Shown: positions 1 to 13,846 of the stretch, piece by piece
Layout: the number at the start of each line of letters is the position of its first letter
How positions within the stretch are numbered: the stretch's first letter is position 1
Source of the DNA: Octopus vulgaris
Lineage: Eukaryota
Length of the DNA: 64,000 nt
Direction: 5' to 3'
NCBI GenBank assembly: GCA_951406725.2
Contig: OX597828.1
Coordinates: forward strand, 69,316,001 to 69,380,000
Program-made: the position numbers and the translations under genes
Notes under the pieces: generated by a model
What the model was told of the DNA's origin: nothing
The model's input: only the letters and a program-made list of their open reading frames with translations
Databases searched by the model: none

Positions 1-209
1 AGATTGCATTCCCAGAATATAGAATGATACCTTTTAGTGAGCACATTGAGAAATGCGCAAAGCAACTACTGCCACAATTTTTAATCTTCCCATTTTACCA
101 ATGTGCTTTCGGATCATCAACACAAATGAGACTGAACAAGGAAACATTCTTCATTGAAAAGTACAAACCCAGACTCAACCATCCGAACATACTGACACAG
201 AGAAATTAA
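1..209 (+). mobile_element. Penelope-like element, C-terminal end of GIY-YIG endonuclease ORF (fragment)
   Basis: ORF contains RLNKETFFIEKYKPRLN, matching the GIY-YIG C-terminal E..xI....PxLN pattern; hammerhead motif ~160 nt downstream as in PLE pLTRs. Confidence 0.6.
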
Positions 210-368
210 CAAGGAAAAGGAAAAAAAAAATAAATAAATAAATAAAAAATAATTTTTAAGCGATTATCTCCCTTACACCGGAAGAAATCACTCACTACCT
301 CCCCTTATTTAGAAATCTCCTGGAAATAAAAACAACGATAACTCCATGCAATATAAACATAACGTCAC

Positions 369-408
369 AAGAAATTTGAAAAGCTACACGCGAAACCGGT
401 AATTTCTT
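369..408 (+). ncRNA. Minimal type-I hammerhead ribozyme, U3-A8 core variant
   Basis: aagaaat-TTGAAAA-gc(tacac)gc-GAAA-ccgg-TA-atttctt: 7-bp stem I, palindromic stem III. Confidence 0.6.
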
Positions 409-582
409 TAAAAATTTTAAAATTATGTCATTTTAAGGAAAGGAAAAAAATTTTTCCAATATTCTCCAGACATTTTAACACAAATATATATATTTTTTAA
501 CATTTAAGCCTTCTGTCGTTTTTTCACACTTTACTATTTTTTTATATATTCACCCACGTGCTTTACCAAACAAACTTTCTTA

Positions 583-618
<36 letters not shown>

Positions 619-829
619 TGAGTGTACTTTTACCTTGTTAACAATTAACATTGGAAGCTGCGTGGACTATACCGAACTGGCTTGGTGCCTTAATATAAGT
701 ACCTAATCCAACTGAATCTTAAATATTTCTTTATATATATGTATATATAAATATATATATAAATATATATATATTTATATATACACATATATATGTGTGT
801 GTATGCATGCATGTATGAATATATGTGTG

Positions 830-1617
<788 letters not shown>

Positions 1618-1633
1618 TATATATGTATATATG

Positions 1634-1691
<58 letters not shown>

Positions 1692-2117
1692 GCGATCATT
1701 TCGTCACCTGACATGTGGCACCCCTTGCACCTGTACAGGTAATGTCAATCTGATGGAAGGAGTGAGCTTATGTCTACACAAGCATTTGATCACTATAAAC
1801 AAATCACCTGTGTGTGGATATTCGGTAAGAAATAGTGGAACACATACGTCTGAAGGACATCACCCTTTCCGGATTAAGTAACTCTTTTCCATTATATTAT
1901 TGTTCACTAACCACATTAATTATGATTCATGCAAAGAAGACGAAGATCGTTTTCTTACAATTCTTGTCTTTCTTCTCATTCCACTTTTTGTATCAACCTA
2001 CTTCGTGTTTTTTTCTTCCTGTTTTTTCTCTGTTTTCTCGCAGATCAGCTTCCAGGTTTTACAAATAGATCTAACAGTATGCTCTGAGTCAGAAAGATTA
2101 CTTGGAGACACATTGCC

Positions 2118-2199
<82 letters not shown>

Positions 2200-2336
2200 G
2201 CCACATTATTGTATCTCTACGGCATGAAACTATCAGTAGCCTTTTTAAAAAAAAATTCCGTATATCTTAAATTATATTTATCTCTCACTGGATAGAGTAC
2301 ATTTTGTTGACCCTACCTATTAAAGGAACAGTAAAC

Positions 2337-2615
<279 letters not shown>

Positions 2616-2779
2616 GCGTATATAAATATATACATACATGGCTATGCTTTTACATATACACATACATGGCTATGCTTTTACATATACACATACACAAATA
2701 CACATATAACTGAAAGTGTAAATAAGATTTATACATAGTAAAATTTCAAATGGGGAAAAAAGGAATTTTCTCAACTTAC

Positions 2780-2860
2780 TTCTGACAAGTTACAGAATAT
2801 ACAAAATGCAATAACATCCAAGATGCCTGCTAGAAGCGCCATCTCTACTAATCTGTTCGC
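2780..2860 (-). CDS. Gene A coding exon 3 (TM3): ANRLVEMALLAGILDVIAFCIFCNLSE
   Basis: ttctgtttcag|81 nt|GTAAGT, phase 0/0; same length and FCIFC motif as paralogous exon 49891-49971. Confidence 0.85.
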
Positions 2861-3055
2861 CTGAAACAGAATATTTCATATACATGCATTAAAACAAAGA
2901 TTATATATATATATATATATCTTATCTATTGATTTATATAATATTCTTGTATGCTTTTGATGTTCTCATTTGAAAAATGAATAAATAATCCAACATTATA
3001 ATATCCGTAAGTTGATGAACAAACTAAATTTGTTTCTCCATTTTCTTATTTGTAT

Positions 3056-3130
<75 letters not shown>

Positions 3131-3200
3131 TATACATACATATGTGGCAGGCGTGCATAAAGCAAAACTAGAGGGATTCTTCATAAAATGATTAATTACA

Positions 3201-3287
3201 GCAACTTACACACGTTTCATTAAGAGCGATTGTTTGTTAAATGTACATTAGATAAACAAATGGCATTTGCTAAATCTTCAGAGATGC
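3201..3287 (-). ncRNA. Degenerate hammerhead ribozyme motif
   Basis: minus strand gcatct-CTGAAGA-...-GAAA-cgtgtg-TA-agttgc; one stem I mismatch, weak base of stem II. Confidence 0.45.
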
Positions 3288-3378
3288 ATCATTTTCATTC
3301 GCAACTTTATTGGAATAGCGACAGCGTTGCCTTGTCATCAGTGTATCTACTGTATACAGACACACACACACACATATT

Positions 3379-3597
3379 CAGGTTGGTGCAAACGTAGGTC
3401 CACAGTAAATATCACATCAATGTTATAATTAATTCTTTAAAATTATTAGCACATTAAATTAGCCTCATTTTTGATATTCTCGGTGTCATTAATCATAGTA
3501 ATACATTTATCGTAACTTTTTATTTTTTGTTAAAAATAAGAGCATTTTACGTGTTTTCTTATTTTCATAACTGTATACCTACTTTTGTACCACCCGG
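3379..3597. mobile_element. Tc1/mariner-type MITE
   Basis: Imperfect ~28 bp TIRs caggttggtgcaaacgtaggtccacagt / actgtatacctacttttgtaccacccgg; TA on right flank. Confidence 0.6.
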
Positions 3598-3659
3598 TAT
3601 ATATCTAGATATTTTTCTTGGGGGTGATCATTGTACAGTTATCGAGGCGTGGTATAGTA

Positions 3660-4330
3660 ACTGATTGATGAGTTTTAATGTTGGAAAGACGATGCTTTTG
3701 TAAATGAATCGTTATAGGCAGCCATTCCATTCCTCCATTGCTGTGAACGAGGTTGATCATCCAGAAAGCTACGGTGTCCGTCTTCTTGGTTTGACTTCGA
3801 TGAAGGATCTCTCTTGGAACAGTGCCATGTCAACTGCCAAAAATTTTGCAACTCTCTTCCGTGCTCGCAAATTTCTTATGCCAGAAAGTTTATTGGCCAT
3901 CACTCGACTTTGGGTTGAATATCATTGCAACCTTCAGAGTGGGGCCTCCTATCGGTGTCTTTCATTCATTGATCGAATTCAGAATCGAGTTGTGAACATG
4001 GTGGCCTCCTCTTATTTCTGCTCGGTTGGAGTTTTTTGGCTCATCATCGAAATATATCTTCATTGTATTTTTTTCTATAAATATTTCTATGTTCATTACT
4101 CTGATGAAATTTCTCGTCGAATACCTTCTATCAACAACTTTAAACGTGTCACCCACTTCTCTTCTCAGGCGCATCGTTTCTCTGTTGATCTTCCTGTTAG
4201 TCATAATGGCAACAGCTTCCTTCCTCCGACTGGTACTTTCTAGAACTCATTACCATCATCTTGATTTTCTCTGATCTCTGATATTCAGTCCTTTAAGCGC
4301 TGCCAATCAACACCCTTAAAATTTGTAGGT
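3660..4330 (+). mobile_element. Decayed CR1/L2-group LINE, RT C-terminal region
   Basis: RLLGLT..KDLSW, LFRARKFL.PES, DRIQNRVVN, FYKYF..HYSDE, NSFLP.T motifs with frameshifts. Confidence 0.7.
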
Positions 4331-4419
4331 TCCTCCTTTTCCTTTTTTTCAGTTCCCTTCACTATACTGGCCTCACACCTTTATTGGGACAAAATCGTTT
4401 GAAAAAGAGAAAAAAAAAC

Positions 4420-4496
4420 GATGATGATGATGGTGGTGGTGGTGGTGGTGGTGGTGGTGATGATTATGATTATGATGATGATGATGATAATGGTGG

Positions 4497-4542
<46 letters not shown>

Positions 4543-4754
4543 GATGATGATGATGGTGGTGATGATGGTGGTGGTGGTGGTGGTGGTGGTGGTGGTGATG
4601 GTGGTGGTGGTGGTGGTGGTGATGATGATTATGATTATGATAATGGTGGTGATGATGATGATGATGATGATGATGATGGTGGTGATGATGGTGGTGGTGG
4701 TGGTGGTGGTGGTGGTGGTGATGATTATGATTATGATGATGATAATGGTGGTGG

Positions 4755-4801
<47 letters not shown>

Positions 4802-4830
4802 GTGGTGATGATGGTGGTGGTGGTGGTGAT
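4420..4830. repeat. Compound (GAT)n/(GGT)n trinucleotide repeat with higher-order reiteration
   Basis: Block gattatgattatgat..aatggtggt recurs three times. Confidence 0.95.
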
Positions 4831-4845
4831 ATGCTCGTTACTTAC

Positions 4846-4911
4846 CTTATTCACCAGAGACTTCAAGACGTGGAGACCAGTAAGAGTGATGACCATACCG
4901 ACTATAGTAAG
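4846..4911 (-). CDS. Gene A coding exon 2 (end of TM2): LTIVGMVITLTGLHVLKSLVNK
   Basis: tttatttttcag|66 nt|GTAAGT, phase 0/0; paralog at 53807-53872 (53/66 nt identical). Confidence 0.88.
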
Positions 4912-5152
4912 CTGAAAAATAAACATATTGAAAAGGTAATGTCACTGTAAACATCTGTATGTCTGGTAGTAACTTTCTATGTGCTCACACGGTATGCTAG
5001 AAATGGCAGTAAAGATTCCCCATCTTCGAACTGTATAATCTTACATAAAGGAATGCTAGGATCTAGTCGGTTTGGCTGCCAACATCAATTCTGTTGGAAT
5101 TGATTTCATATTCAGCGTAACGATGCACTTTTATAGGTTAATTAATGATGTG

Positions 5153-5834
5153 AAAATCAATAAATAAAGAGTTATTAGTAATTAAAGTTTGAAAGATTTC
5201 GGTAATTTTAGCCAATCGTAAGCCACGGACACATTCATGTCTTTTTCGATAGCAACAAGCGGCACATGAGAACTCTTTTGTCTGCAAGAAAGCAGGTGTT
5301 GACAAATATATTGAGCATGTGAATTTATGAACAGGTCAACAAAATGTTTGATTTTTAAAAGTATTTCTAACATGTTGTTCATCGCATTAGTATTAAATTA
5401 GTATTGAATGCTTAAAACTACTTGTTCACTAGTTTCTTTTCGTCACTGAGGTGGTTGGAGTGTGTGCTAAAAATAACAGCTAGATAACGTTTTTTTTTTT
5501 TTTTTTATAAATCTCTTAATTTCGTGCTATCGAATTAAATGCGTATTGAATGCTTCAAACTACAAAACACGTGCTGTTTACAAATATTAACAAGTGCTAT
5601 TTTCAGGATGTTGACAACAAACAAAATGACAACTTCCAAATCCTGTTTCCTGGCTGGGTGAAAATGATCAAACTTTAAAACCTCTATAACATTTTAGAAA
5701 TATTTTTCTGGGAAAGTGAAAGTATTTCAACAATTCAGCCTGGGAAAGTATATTAATATGCCAAATTTTTAAATTTTCGATAAACTTCAATTTTTGAAAT
5801 GCTGGCAAGCAAACCAACTAGATCCGAATGTTAC

Positions 5835-5868
<34 letters not shown>

Positions 5869-5942
5869 ATTTTATTTTATTTAGTTTCAGCTCACGAGCT
5901 GTGGCCATGCTGGGGCACCGCCATTTATATATATACATATAC

Positions 5943-6020
<78 letters not shown>

Positions 6021-6420
6021 TATATATATATACATACACACACATCAGAATAAGCAACAGCATATCAAGTAGCCATGCAGTGCGACCGTTTCAAGGGACT
6101 CCATTTAATTAAATGGAGCCCCTTGGAACGGTCATACTACATTACTACTTGATATTCTGTTGCTTATTTTGATTTTATTCACCTTACTTCGAGCTGTGTC
6201 GATAATACCGGACTGACTGGGTGCTTCAACTTAAGTACCTAATTCAACTGAGTCTTAACTATTTATGTATATGTGTATCAGTGTGTGGCTGTGTGTGTGT
6301 GAGTATTTATGTATGTATTGTGTATATATGTATAGATAGATAGATACTATTTGTACTTTGTGGATATACTTTGTGTATGTGTGTTCGATGTTGTTTATAT
6401 TCCTCGAGCTGCTTCTAATT

Positions 6421-6471
<51 letters not shown>

Positions 6472-7009
6472 TTCTGCTACATATAATATAAACAATGTTC
6501 ATGAGCATTTGCAATGAATTTCATTCAAACTCACTTCCAGCTGTGTGTCGTGTTTCTGGGAATTTGGAATGGGTGGGGGTCAATATTTGTAAACAGCACG
6601 TGTTTTGTAGTTTGAAGCATTCAATACGCATTTAATTCGATAGCACGAAATTAAGAGATTTATAAAAAAAAACGTTATCTGGCTGTTATTTTTAGCACAC
6701 ACTCCAACCACCTCAATGACGAAAAGAAACTAGTAAACAAGTAATTTTAAGCATTCAATACTAATTTAATACTAATGCGATGAGCAACATGTTAGAAATA
6801 CTTTTAAAAATCAAACATTTTGTTGACCAGTTCATAAATTCACATGCTCAATATATTTGTCAACACCTGCTTTCTTGCAGACAAAAGAGTTCTCATGTGC
6901 CGCTTGTTGCTATCGAAAAAGACATGAATATGTCTGTGGCTTACGATTGGCTAAAATTACCGAAATCTTTCAAACTTTAATTACTAATAACTCTTTATTT
7001 ATTGATTTT
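5153..7009. repeat. Long inverted repeat (arms 5153-5588 and 6582-7009, ~1 kb spacer); foldback or long-TIR element in gene A intron 1
   Basis: Arms are near-identical reverse complements (ORFs 5182-5382 minus and 6780-6980 plus translate almost identically). Confidence 0.9.
6044..6265 (+). mobile_element. PLE-type pLTR fragment with 5' inverted duplication (palindrome 6044-6173)
   Basis: Imperfect palindrome centred on tttaattaaa; right arm resembles 24821-24870; tail 6195-6263 resembles 656-726. Confidence 0.55.
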
Positions 7010-7141
7010 GTTTCTAGAATATTTCGCACAACAATGTAACTGAGCTGCTACACTTAACAAAGTTCATCGTCACTGTATCACGACTGATGGAACAGAATGG
7101 TAGAGGAAGCGGGAGAGAAAGAGAGATAGAGATAGTTAGAG

Positions 7142-7201
<60 letters not shown>

Positions 7202-7234
7202 ATAGAGAGAGTGAATGAGAGAGAGAGAACTTAC

Positions 7235-7390
7235 TAATGAACAACATATCACTGTTCCAATGAAGAGGCGCATCACTTTGACATCGAAACAAGAATAGAC
7301 AGAAGTGAACAACCCAGCAAGTACAAGAAACACTCCAGAGACAGCGGAGTTTTTGTAAGGGAAGCTGTTATACGGTGATGAATTCGCCAT
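7235..7390 (-). CDS. Gene A first coding exon (TM1, start of TM2): MANSSPYNSFPYKNSAVSGVFLVLAGLFTSVYSCFDVKVMRLFIGTVICCSL
   Basis: ttttttccccag acceptor at 7403, 12 nt UTR, ATG 7390, donor GTAAGT at 7234; paralog at 54965-55114 has the same 12-nt leader geometry. Confidence 0.88.
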
Positions 7391-7908
7391 CTTGATGGAT
7401 ATCTGGGGAAAAAATAAGAAAAAAGAAAATACAAAACAACGATTCGGTAGAAATTGCAAAACTTGATACTAGTTTTATCTAATCCTGGTTACATGCTTGA
7501 TCCAATTCCTGTACTACCACCTAGAAACAACAGCCAAGCCTCTATCCCACTTATTTCATCGTCCGGTTTAACACCAATTGGCAATCCTTCGTTATTGATA
7601 CACGACGTCATTCACCCACAGAGTCTAGGCTGAGAAAGAGCGGGGAATGATGTCTCCTCATAATGACACCTTGGAGACCAATACCGAAGGAGGATCTCTT
7701 TAGTCTGCCTCACAGATTTTTTAAATCTTTTTTTTAACTAAACAGCTTGAAACTTCGTATACTGGTGTAATTTCTCACGCTGAACACGGTTTACTTTCAA
7801 CGTTCTTGACAAAATTTCATATTTTAGAAGTTATTTTATATTAAAGTTGTCGTATTTGGGTAATTTTAACAAATCAACGACGTGTATTCAGCTGGAAAAA
7901 CCTACTAC

Positions 7909-8128
7909 GGGTACACATTGTAAAGCTGGGAGTGTCTCCCAAAAATGTTTATTTGCCCAGCAACGTGAAAGGAAACGACACAATATTGAAAAGCAAGCAA
8001 GATAAGAATTTGAAAAGAATAAGCATCGAGTAACAACACATTGACAATAGAGTCCCGATAATTAACGTGGCACTTGAAACCATGGCCACTCTTTAGTTGT
8101 GCGCAACAGTACAACAAGCTCCACCCAA
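7909..8128. repeat. 220-bp block duplicated at 58865-59084, upstream of both paralogous genes
   Basis: Direct comparison shows about 7 differences in 220 bp. Confidence 0.9.
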
Positions 8129-8218
8129 GGGGAGACTCGTCGTTTTCGCTGGTATGCCTTTAATTTAATTAGATAACAAAGAAGAAGGCATACCAGAGAA
8201 AACGATGAATCTCCCCTT
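8127..8218. mobile_element. Small hairpin MITE
   Basis: aaggggagactcgtcgttttcgctggtatgcctt ... aaggcataccagagaaaacgatgaatctcccctt inverted arms. Confidence 0.6.
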
Positions 8219-8463
8219 ATTTACATCTATTTTCTTCTCGTATATAACCTAAACTATGGTCTAACAACTGAACCACCTGCTACCGTACAACTTTACAAAA
8301 GTCTGTACCTACCCAGGTAATAGCCAGGAGTGACTTTGGATTTAATTATCCATTAGAGGTATTAAACTCCTCTAACTGAAACCTACACTATATGTGTGTG
8401 TGTGTGTGCGTCTGTGTGTGTGTGCGTGCGTGTGTGTATGCTTATATAAATGTATGTGTGTGT

Positions 8464-8527
<64 letters not shown>

Positions 8528-8866
8528 AAATATGATTTAAAAGCAGTTCGGGGATGTAAACAAAACCGAACACATACAGAAAATATGTGTTTGCTAGTTC
8601 GTAGGTAGGCTACGCTTATAGGCGTAAGAGAATATATTCTCATCAGTTCCCCCGATGTTAAAACACCGGGAAGTCATTGACAAGTAAGATAACTTGCATC
8701 CGCTCTCGTTCAGGAGCGATAGACATTGATGTTTTGTCATCATTGTGACTTGTCAATACCACGTGCACGAAACGAGGCCCGATGCAAGCTGAATCGCTGT
8801 CTACGACTATATGTAAAATGGTGTAAGAATCACCTGCTGCTATGTTCCAACCGAAAGATTCAAATG

Positions 8867-8926
<60 letters not shown>

Positions 8927-9039
8927 TATTTCGGAATGGTCATATTGCCAGTTTAGCCAATAAAAACACACGCACTATATATTTGGTGTTATTTTGCTTC
9001 AGTGTTATTTATTTTTTACATTAATCTTAATCTTATTTC

Positions 9040-9084
9040 GGCCAGAGTTCTTTCGTCACACTCCTGTGACCGCATCAGTGGTCC
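9040..9084 (-). ncRNA. Hammerhead-like motif with non-canonical core (CTGATGCG)
   Basis: minus ggacca-CTGATGC-g-gtcac(aggagt)gtgac-GAAA-gaac-TC-tggcc, inside a TA-flanked insert. Confidence 0.4.
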
Positions 9085-9137
9085 TTTGTTTTCTTCTTAC
9101 TTATTTGTGTCTCTCCTTACTAATAGAAATAAATAAC

Positions 9138-9169
<32 letters not shown>

Positions 9170-9269
9170 GATAGATAGATATATATATACCGCTTTAGAA
9201 GGACCCTAGACAAACTTAAGCTAAGAATTAAGGTTGTTGAAAAGCCAGACAACCCTATCAACCTATCAA

Positions 9270-9368
<99 letters not shown>

Positions 9369-9415
9369 TATATACATATATATATATACATATATATATA
9401 TACATATATATATAC

Positions 9416-9484
<69 letters not shown>

Positions 9485-9577
9485 TATATACATATATATA
9501 TATATATACATATATAAATTTATATTTTGACCATGTATTTATATATGTATATGTATTTATGTTTCCCTTCTGTGTGT

Positions 9578-9636
9578 ATTCTACTGACGAGGCAAAGCAT
9601 TCATAAATGCAAATTCAGAAATCCGGGATCTAGAAT
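9578..9636 (+). ncRNA. Type-I hammerhead ribozyme motif
   Basis: attcta-CTGACGA-...gcatt(cata)aatgc...-GAAA-tccggga-TC-tagaat; base of stem II decayed. Confidence 0.65.
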
Positions 9637-9777
9637 TATCCAGTAATTTTTTACTAGTTTCATCTTGTCTGTTTGTTTTCTCTCCATGTTGATATATGGA
9701 CAAATTAGGTGGTTTTAGAGTCAGATCATGGCTGCTATTTTCAGCATAGTGGTATCTCGAGATACCCTAATTTATAA

Positions 9778-9873
<96 letters not shown>

Positions 9874-10471
9874 TGTATGTATGTATGTATGTATGTATGT
9901 ATGTATATACGTTCATTCACACATCTTCTGTTTCCCAAATCCACTCACATGTCTTCTGCAGCTTGGGGATGTAGTAGAAGACCCTTGCCCAAGATACATA
10001 TGCATTCAAGTGCACATCACCACAACCACTTGCCCAAGGTGTCGGTTCCCTAGGAATGAAGCCGAAGCCACATGGTCGTGAAGGGAGCTTCATCCAAGCC
10101 TCGTTCATATTCTTCACTAAACTTGTACAGGATGCGAGAAGTGGTCTTCCACCAACGAACAACATAATCCAATCAGTGCAGTGAATCCCTTTTAGCAATA
10201 TTTTACATGCGAAGGGCGCAAAGTCAGTCAGCGCTTGGCTCATCCCTACGGGTAGGTGGGAGAAAGGAAATCTGCGGGAAAGAGCGTCACTCGAACTTCA
10301 AGCGCACCTGTTCCCAGTCACTGATGTCTTTGTCGTGGTCGTGGTACAACAGTCTCACTTCCTATAATACGCACAAATTCCAATCTATTGACCCATAATA
10401 AACAACGCAGATATTCTCTGAGTATTGTATATATATATATATATATATATTCGGTGAGTATTGTATATATA

Positions 10472-10515
<44 letters not shown>

Positions 10516-10537
10516 CATATATACTCGTTGAGTATTG

Positions 10538-10614
<77 letters not shown>

Positions 10615-10725
10615 GGTATCTAATTTTAATTAGATAATTTTAATAATTATTACCTTTGAAGGTTATTTTTTCCATGCTGACCACTTGATAAAATCGTTAT
10701 TTTATTTTTAAATTAACGATTTTAT

Positions 10726-10821
<96 letters not shown>

Positions 10822-11201
10822 ACACACATACATACATACATACATACATACATACATACATACATACATACATACATACATACATACATACATACATACA
10901 TACATAGAATAACTTTAAAAAGGTTTCGGCCGGTATTGGCCCAGGCCATGTCTTATTTACATACATACATATATATTACGGATCTTATTAAACAATTCAT
11001 ATTTCATCTGACTTTATGAATCCTGTACAGTAAGTGACGTGTATCGTTAAATAAATAATAACGATTTCTCTATGTAGGTTCTGCAAAAACTAATAACAAT
11101 TTGGTAGAGACAGGTGGACGGTAGGAGAACCAATGAAAATAACAACACACACGTTCATACAATACACTCACTTCATAACACATACATACACCACCACCAC
11201 A

Positions 11202-11247
<46 letters not shown>

Positions 11248-11913
11248 TTACTATTACTACTACTACTACTTCAAATCTGACACTATAGCAATTATTACTC
11301 ACGTTTTACATACCTGCATACCTCCGACACACTAATTCTAGATCCCTCTCACCAGCACACAGACACAGGCTCACACATACACACACACACACACACGCAT
11401 TCACACAATGTACGCAAGCACTATCGTCTGACAGGTGACACCAATTTCCTCTACTAACTCATTGGAAAGCTATTCACCAACCAACCAGCCAACCAACCAG
11501 CCAATCAGCCAGCCAACCACCCAACCAGCCAGCCACCCAACCAGCCAGCGTGCCTGCCAACCCAACATGGCCACCAACTCGCCCTTCACCAGTTGACATC
11601 GTTCGCTTTAAATACAAAACGAAAGGGAAGATGTCACTTTGAAGTATGAGTAGATACAGTGAAGGTAACGTCAGGGCAGTAGCAGAAATTGTTGCTGTTT
11701 CAATAAATAACACGGATCTCCAAAGTAAAGCGTATAAAGCTGTCTCGGGGGCAAACGAGGAGAGCAAGCGGGTGGTGGAGGGGAACCCACATGACACTAT
11801 CAAAAGCATATCACAATCATCATCGTCATCATCATCATAGTGGTTTCACATTTTGGCACAAGGCCAGCAGTTTTTTGTGGGGGTGAATCGATTACATCGC
11901 CCCCCCCCCCCCA

Positions 11914-12354
11914 GTTCTGCTCAATACCACAGATTCGCTTGTCACTTGTTTGACCTTAACCAGTTGAGCATGTCCCTTAGTGGTTGACGATATGTGCATC
12001 TCTGATCACGAGCAGAAGTAGTGGGGGAGCATCATAGCCATGTGTTGAGAGGGATTCTTTAGAGTTTGAATAATTCACCTCTGGAAACATGGGTGCTTCG
12101 TTCAACATCCTTAAACAACCCTTATTCAGGGACCTTTTGAGTAGGATTACTCGACCAGAAGAAAATTCTAACTGGGCCCCACCTGCAAGGTCATGTGCTG
12201 TTTATCTTGACATGAGATCACAATGTCACATACATATGGTTGTGATGCATGTGCCTAGTGTACCCTTATCAGATGGGTTGTCCTGATGGGTATACTGGGC
12301 TTCGTATATTTTACCCCAGTGTCACTTTGATGGCATGCACTGCTTTCTCACTCA
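11914..12354 (+). mobile_element. (TAA)-tailed retroposon 3' fragment (same family as 38150, 43810, 46093)
   Basis: Shared sequence ctcaataccacagat...ctcactcaataataat. Confidence 0.75.
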
Positions 12355-12761
12355 ATAATAATAATAATATTCTTTATTAACAACACAAAGTTTACATTAA
12401 GATAAAAACTTTAAGGACGGCTCAGGACAAAAGCATTTGAGTGTGTGTTTATGTGTGTGTGTGTGTGTGTCTGGCGCAACCCTTTCTAATACAGGAACAA
12501 GGTTTGAAATATGGCGAGAAGGAGCTAGTTGATTACATCGACCTCAGTACACCACTGGTACTTATTTTATCGACCCACCGTTCTAAATTCAAATTCCACC
12601 GAAGTCGATTTGTACCTTTCATTCTTTCAAAGCTACTGAAATAATTTCCGACCGGGCACTGCGGCTCAAGCTCTGCGGCTCAAGCTCTGGGGTCCAAGCA
12701 ATGGGGTCGATGTATACTACTAGCACCATGCCCAAAATTTAAGCCTTGTACCTACAGTAGA

Positions 12762-12831
<70 letters not shown>

Positions 12832-13382
12832 GTAATAATAGTAATAGTGATGATGATGATGATTTCTTTATTGATCCCAAAGGGTTTGAAGTAAGAAAAA
12901 CATTGGAGACGGCATAGTGTGTATAGGTGTGTGTGTATCTGTGTGTGTATGTGTGTGTTTGTGTTATTGTGAGGGTTTTGCGCGTAAACAGGTATAACGA
13001 AAAAAAAAAATAGCAAAACATTTTAATGATAAGTATTCCTGAATAGGGAGGAGAAGTTCAAGGGTTAGCACTAGGGGTTTACGAAATTGGAATGAGGACA
13101 GTACAGGACGAAGCAAGAGGACATGTTCTAAAGGAATGGAAACAATAAACAAAAGCAAAAGGAAGAAATAATTCAATGAAGGAACAAATCCCCAAAAAGC
13201 GGAGACTTTCAAGGGCTGCTTGTGGAAACGCCAGAAAACCTTAGTGACCCTGACCACTAGGACAAGGGTCCTCTCCTCCTCACCCTCACCTTGCAGTTTA
13301 CAGGCGCCGCATACTCATCGCAGAACCCGTTCATTCGGCCCACTCTTATCATTTTCACCTACCTTTCAATAATAACAATAAC

Positions 13383-13453
<71 letters not shown>

Positions 13454-13812
13454 TAATAATAATAATAATAATGATAATAAGAATGATAATAATAATCCTT
13501 GCTAGCAATCCCGCGATGAAAAAGAACGATGTTGATAGAAAAAGAAATGTTTTCCTCTCACCTGTTTAATACATCTAAATAGATAGCTAGGTAACTAGAT
13601 AGATGTATATATACATATACACATTTACATATATGTGGATATATATATATATATATATATATATCCAAATACGATACTGTAAGTTTGAAATCCGAACACT
13701 CGGTAGAGGAATCCTATGTTTACGTATAAGCAATTCGACTGTGTGTGTAAATGTGACTGTATTAAAGGTGTGGGGAGTTCAATTTTTATTGCAGTTGGCG
13801 GTTCAATGTGGA

Positions 13813-13846
<34 letters not shown>

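Noticed and set aside
2101-2117. Possible 15-nt gene A microexon cag|GCAATGTGTCTCCAA|GTAATC
   Set aside because: No pyrimidine tract (abuts TA repeat), weak donor, no homology to the cassette flanks
4384-4950. 188-aa Asp/Gly-rich ORF resembling an acidic matrix protein
   Set aside because: Pure GAT/GGT microsatellite lying antisense to gene A, mostly within an intron
8625-8652. CTGATGA-gaatatattc hairpin on minus strand
   Set aside because: No GAAA or stem III partner
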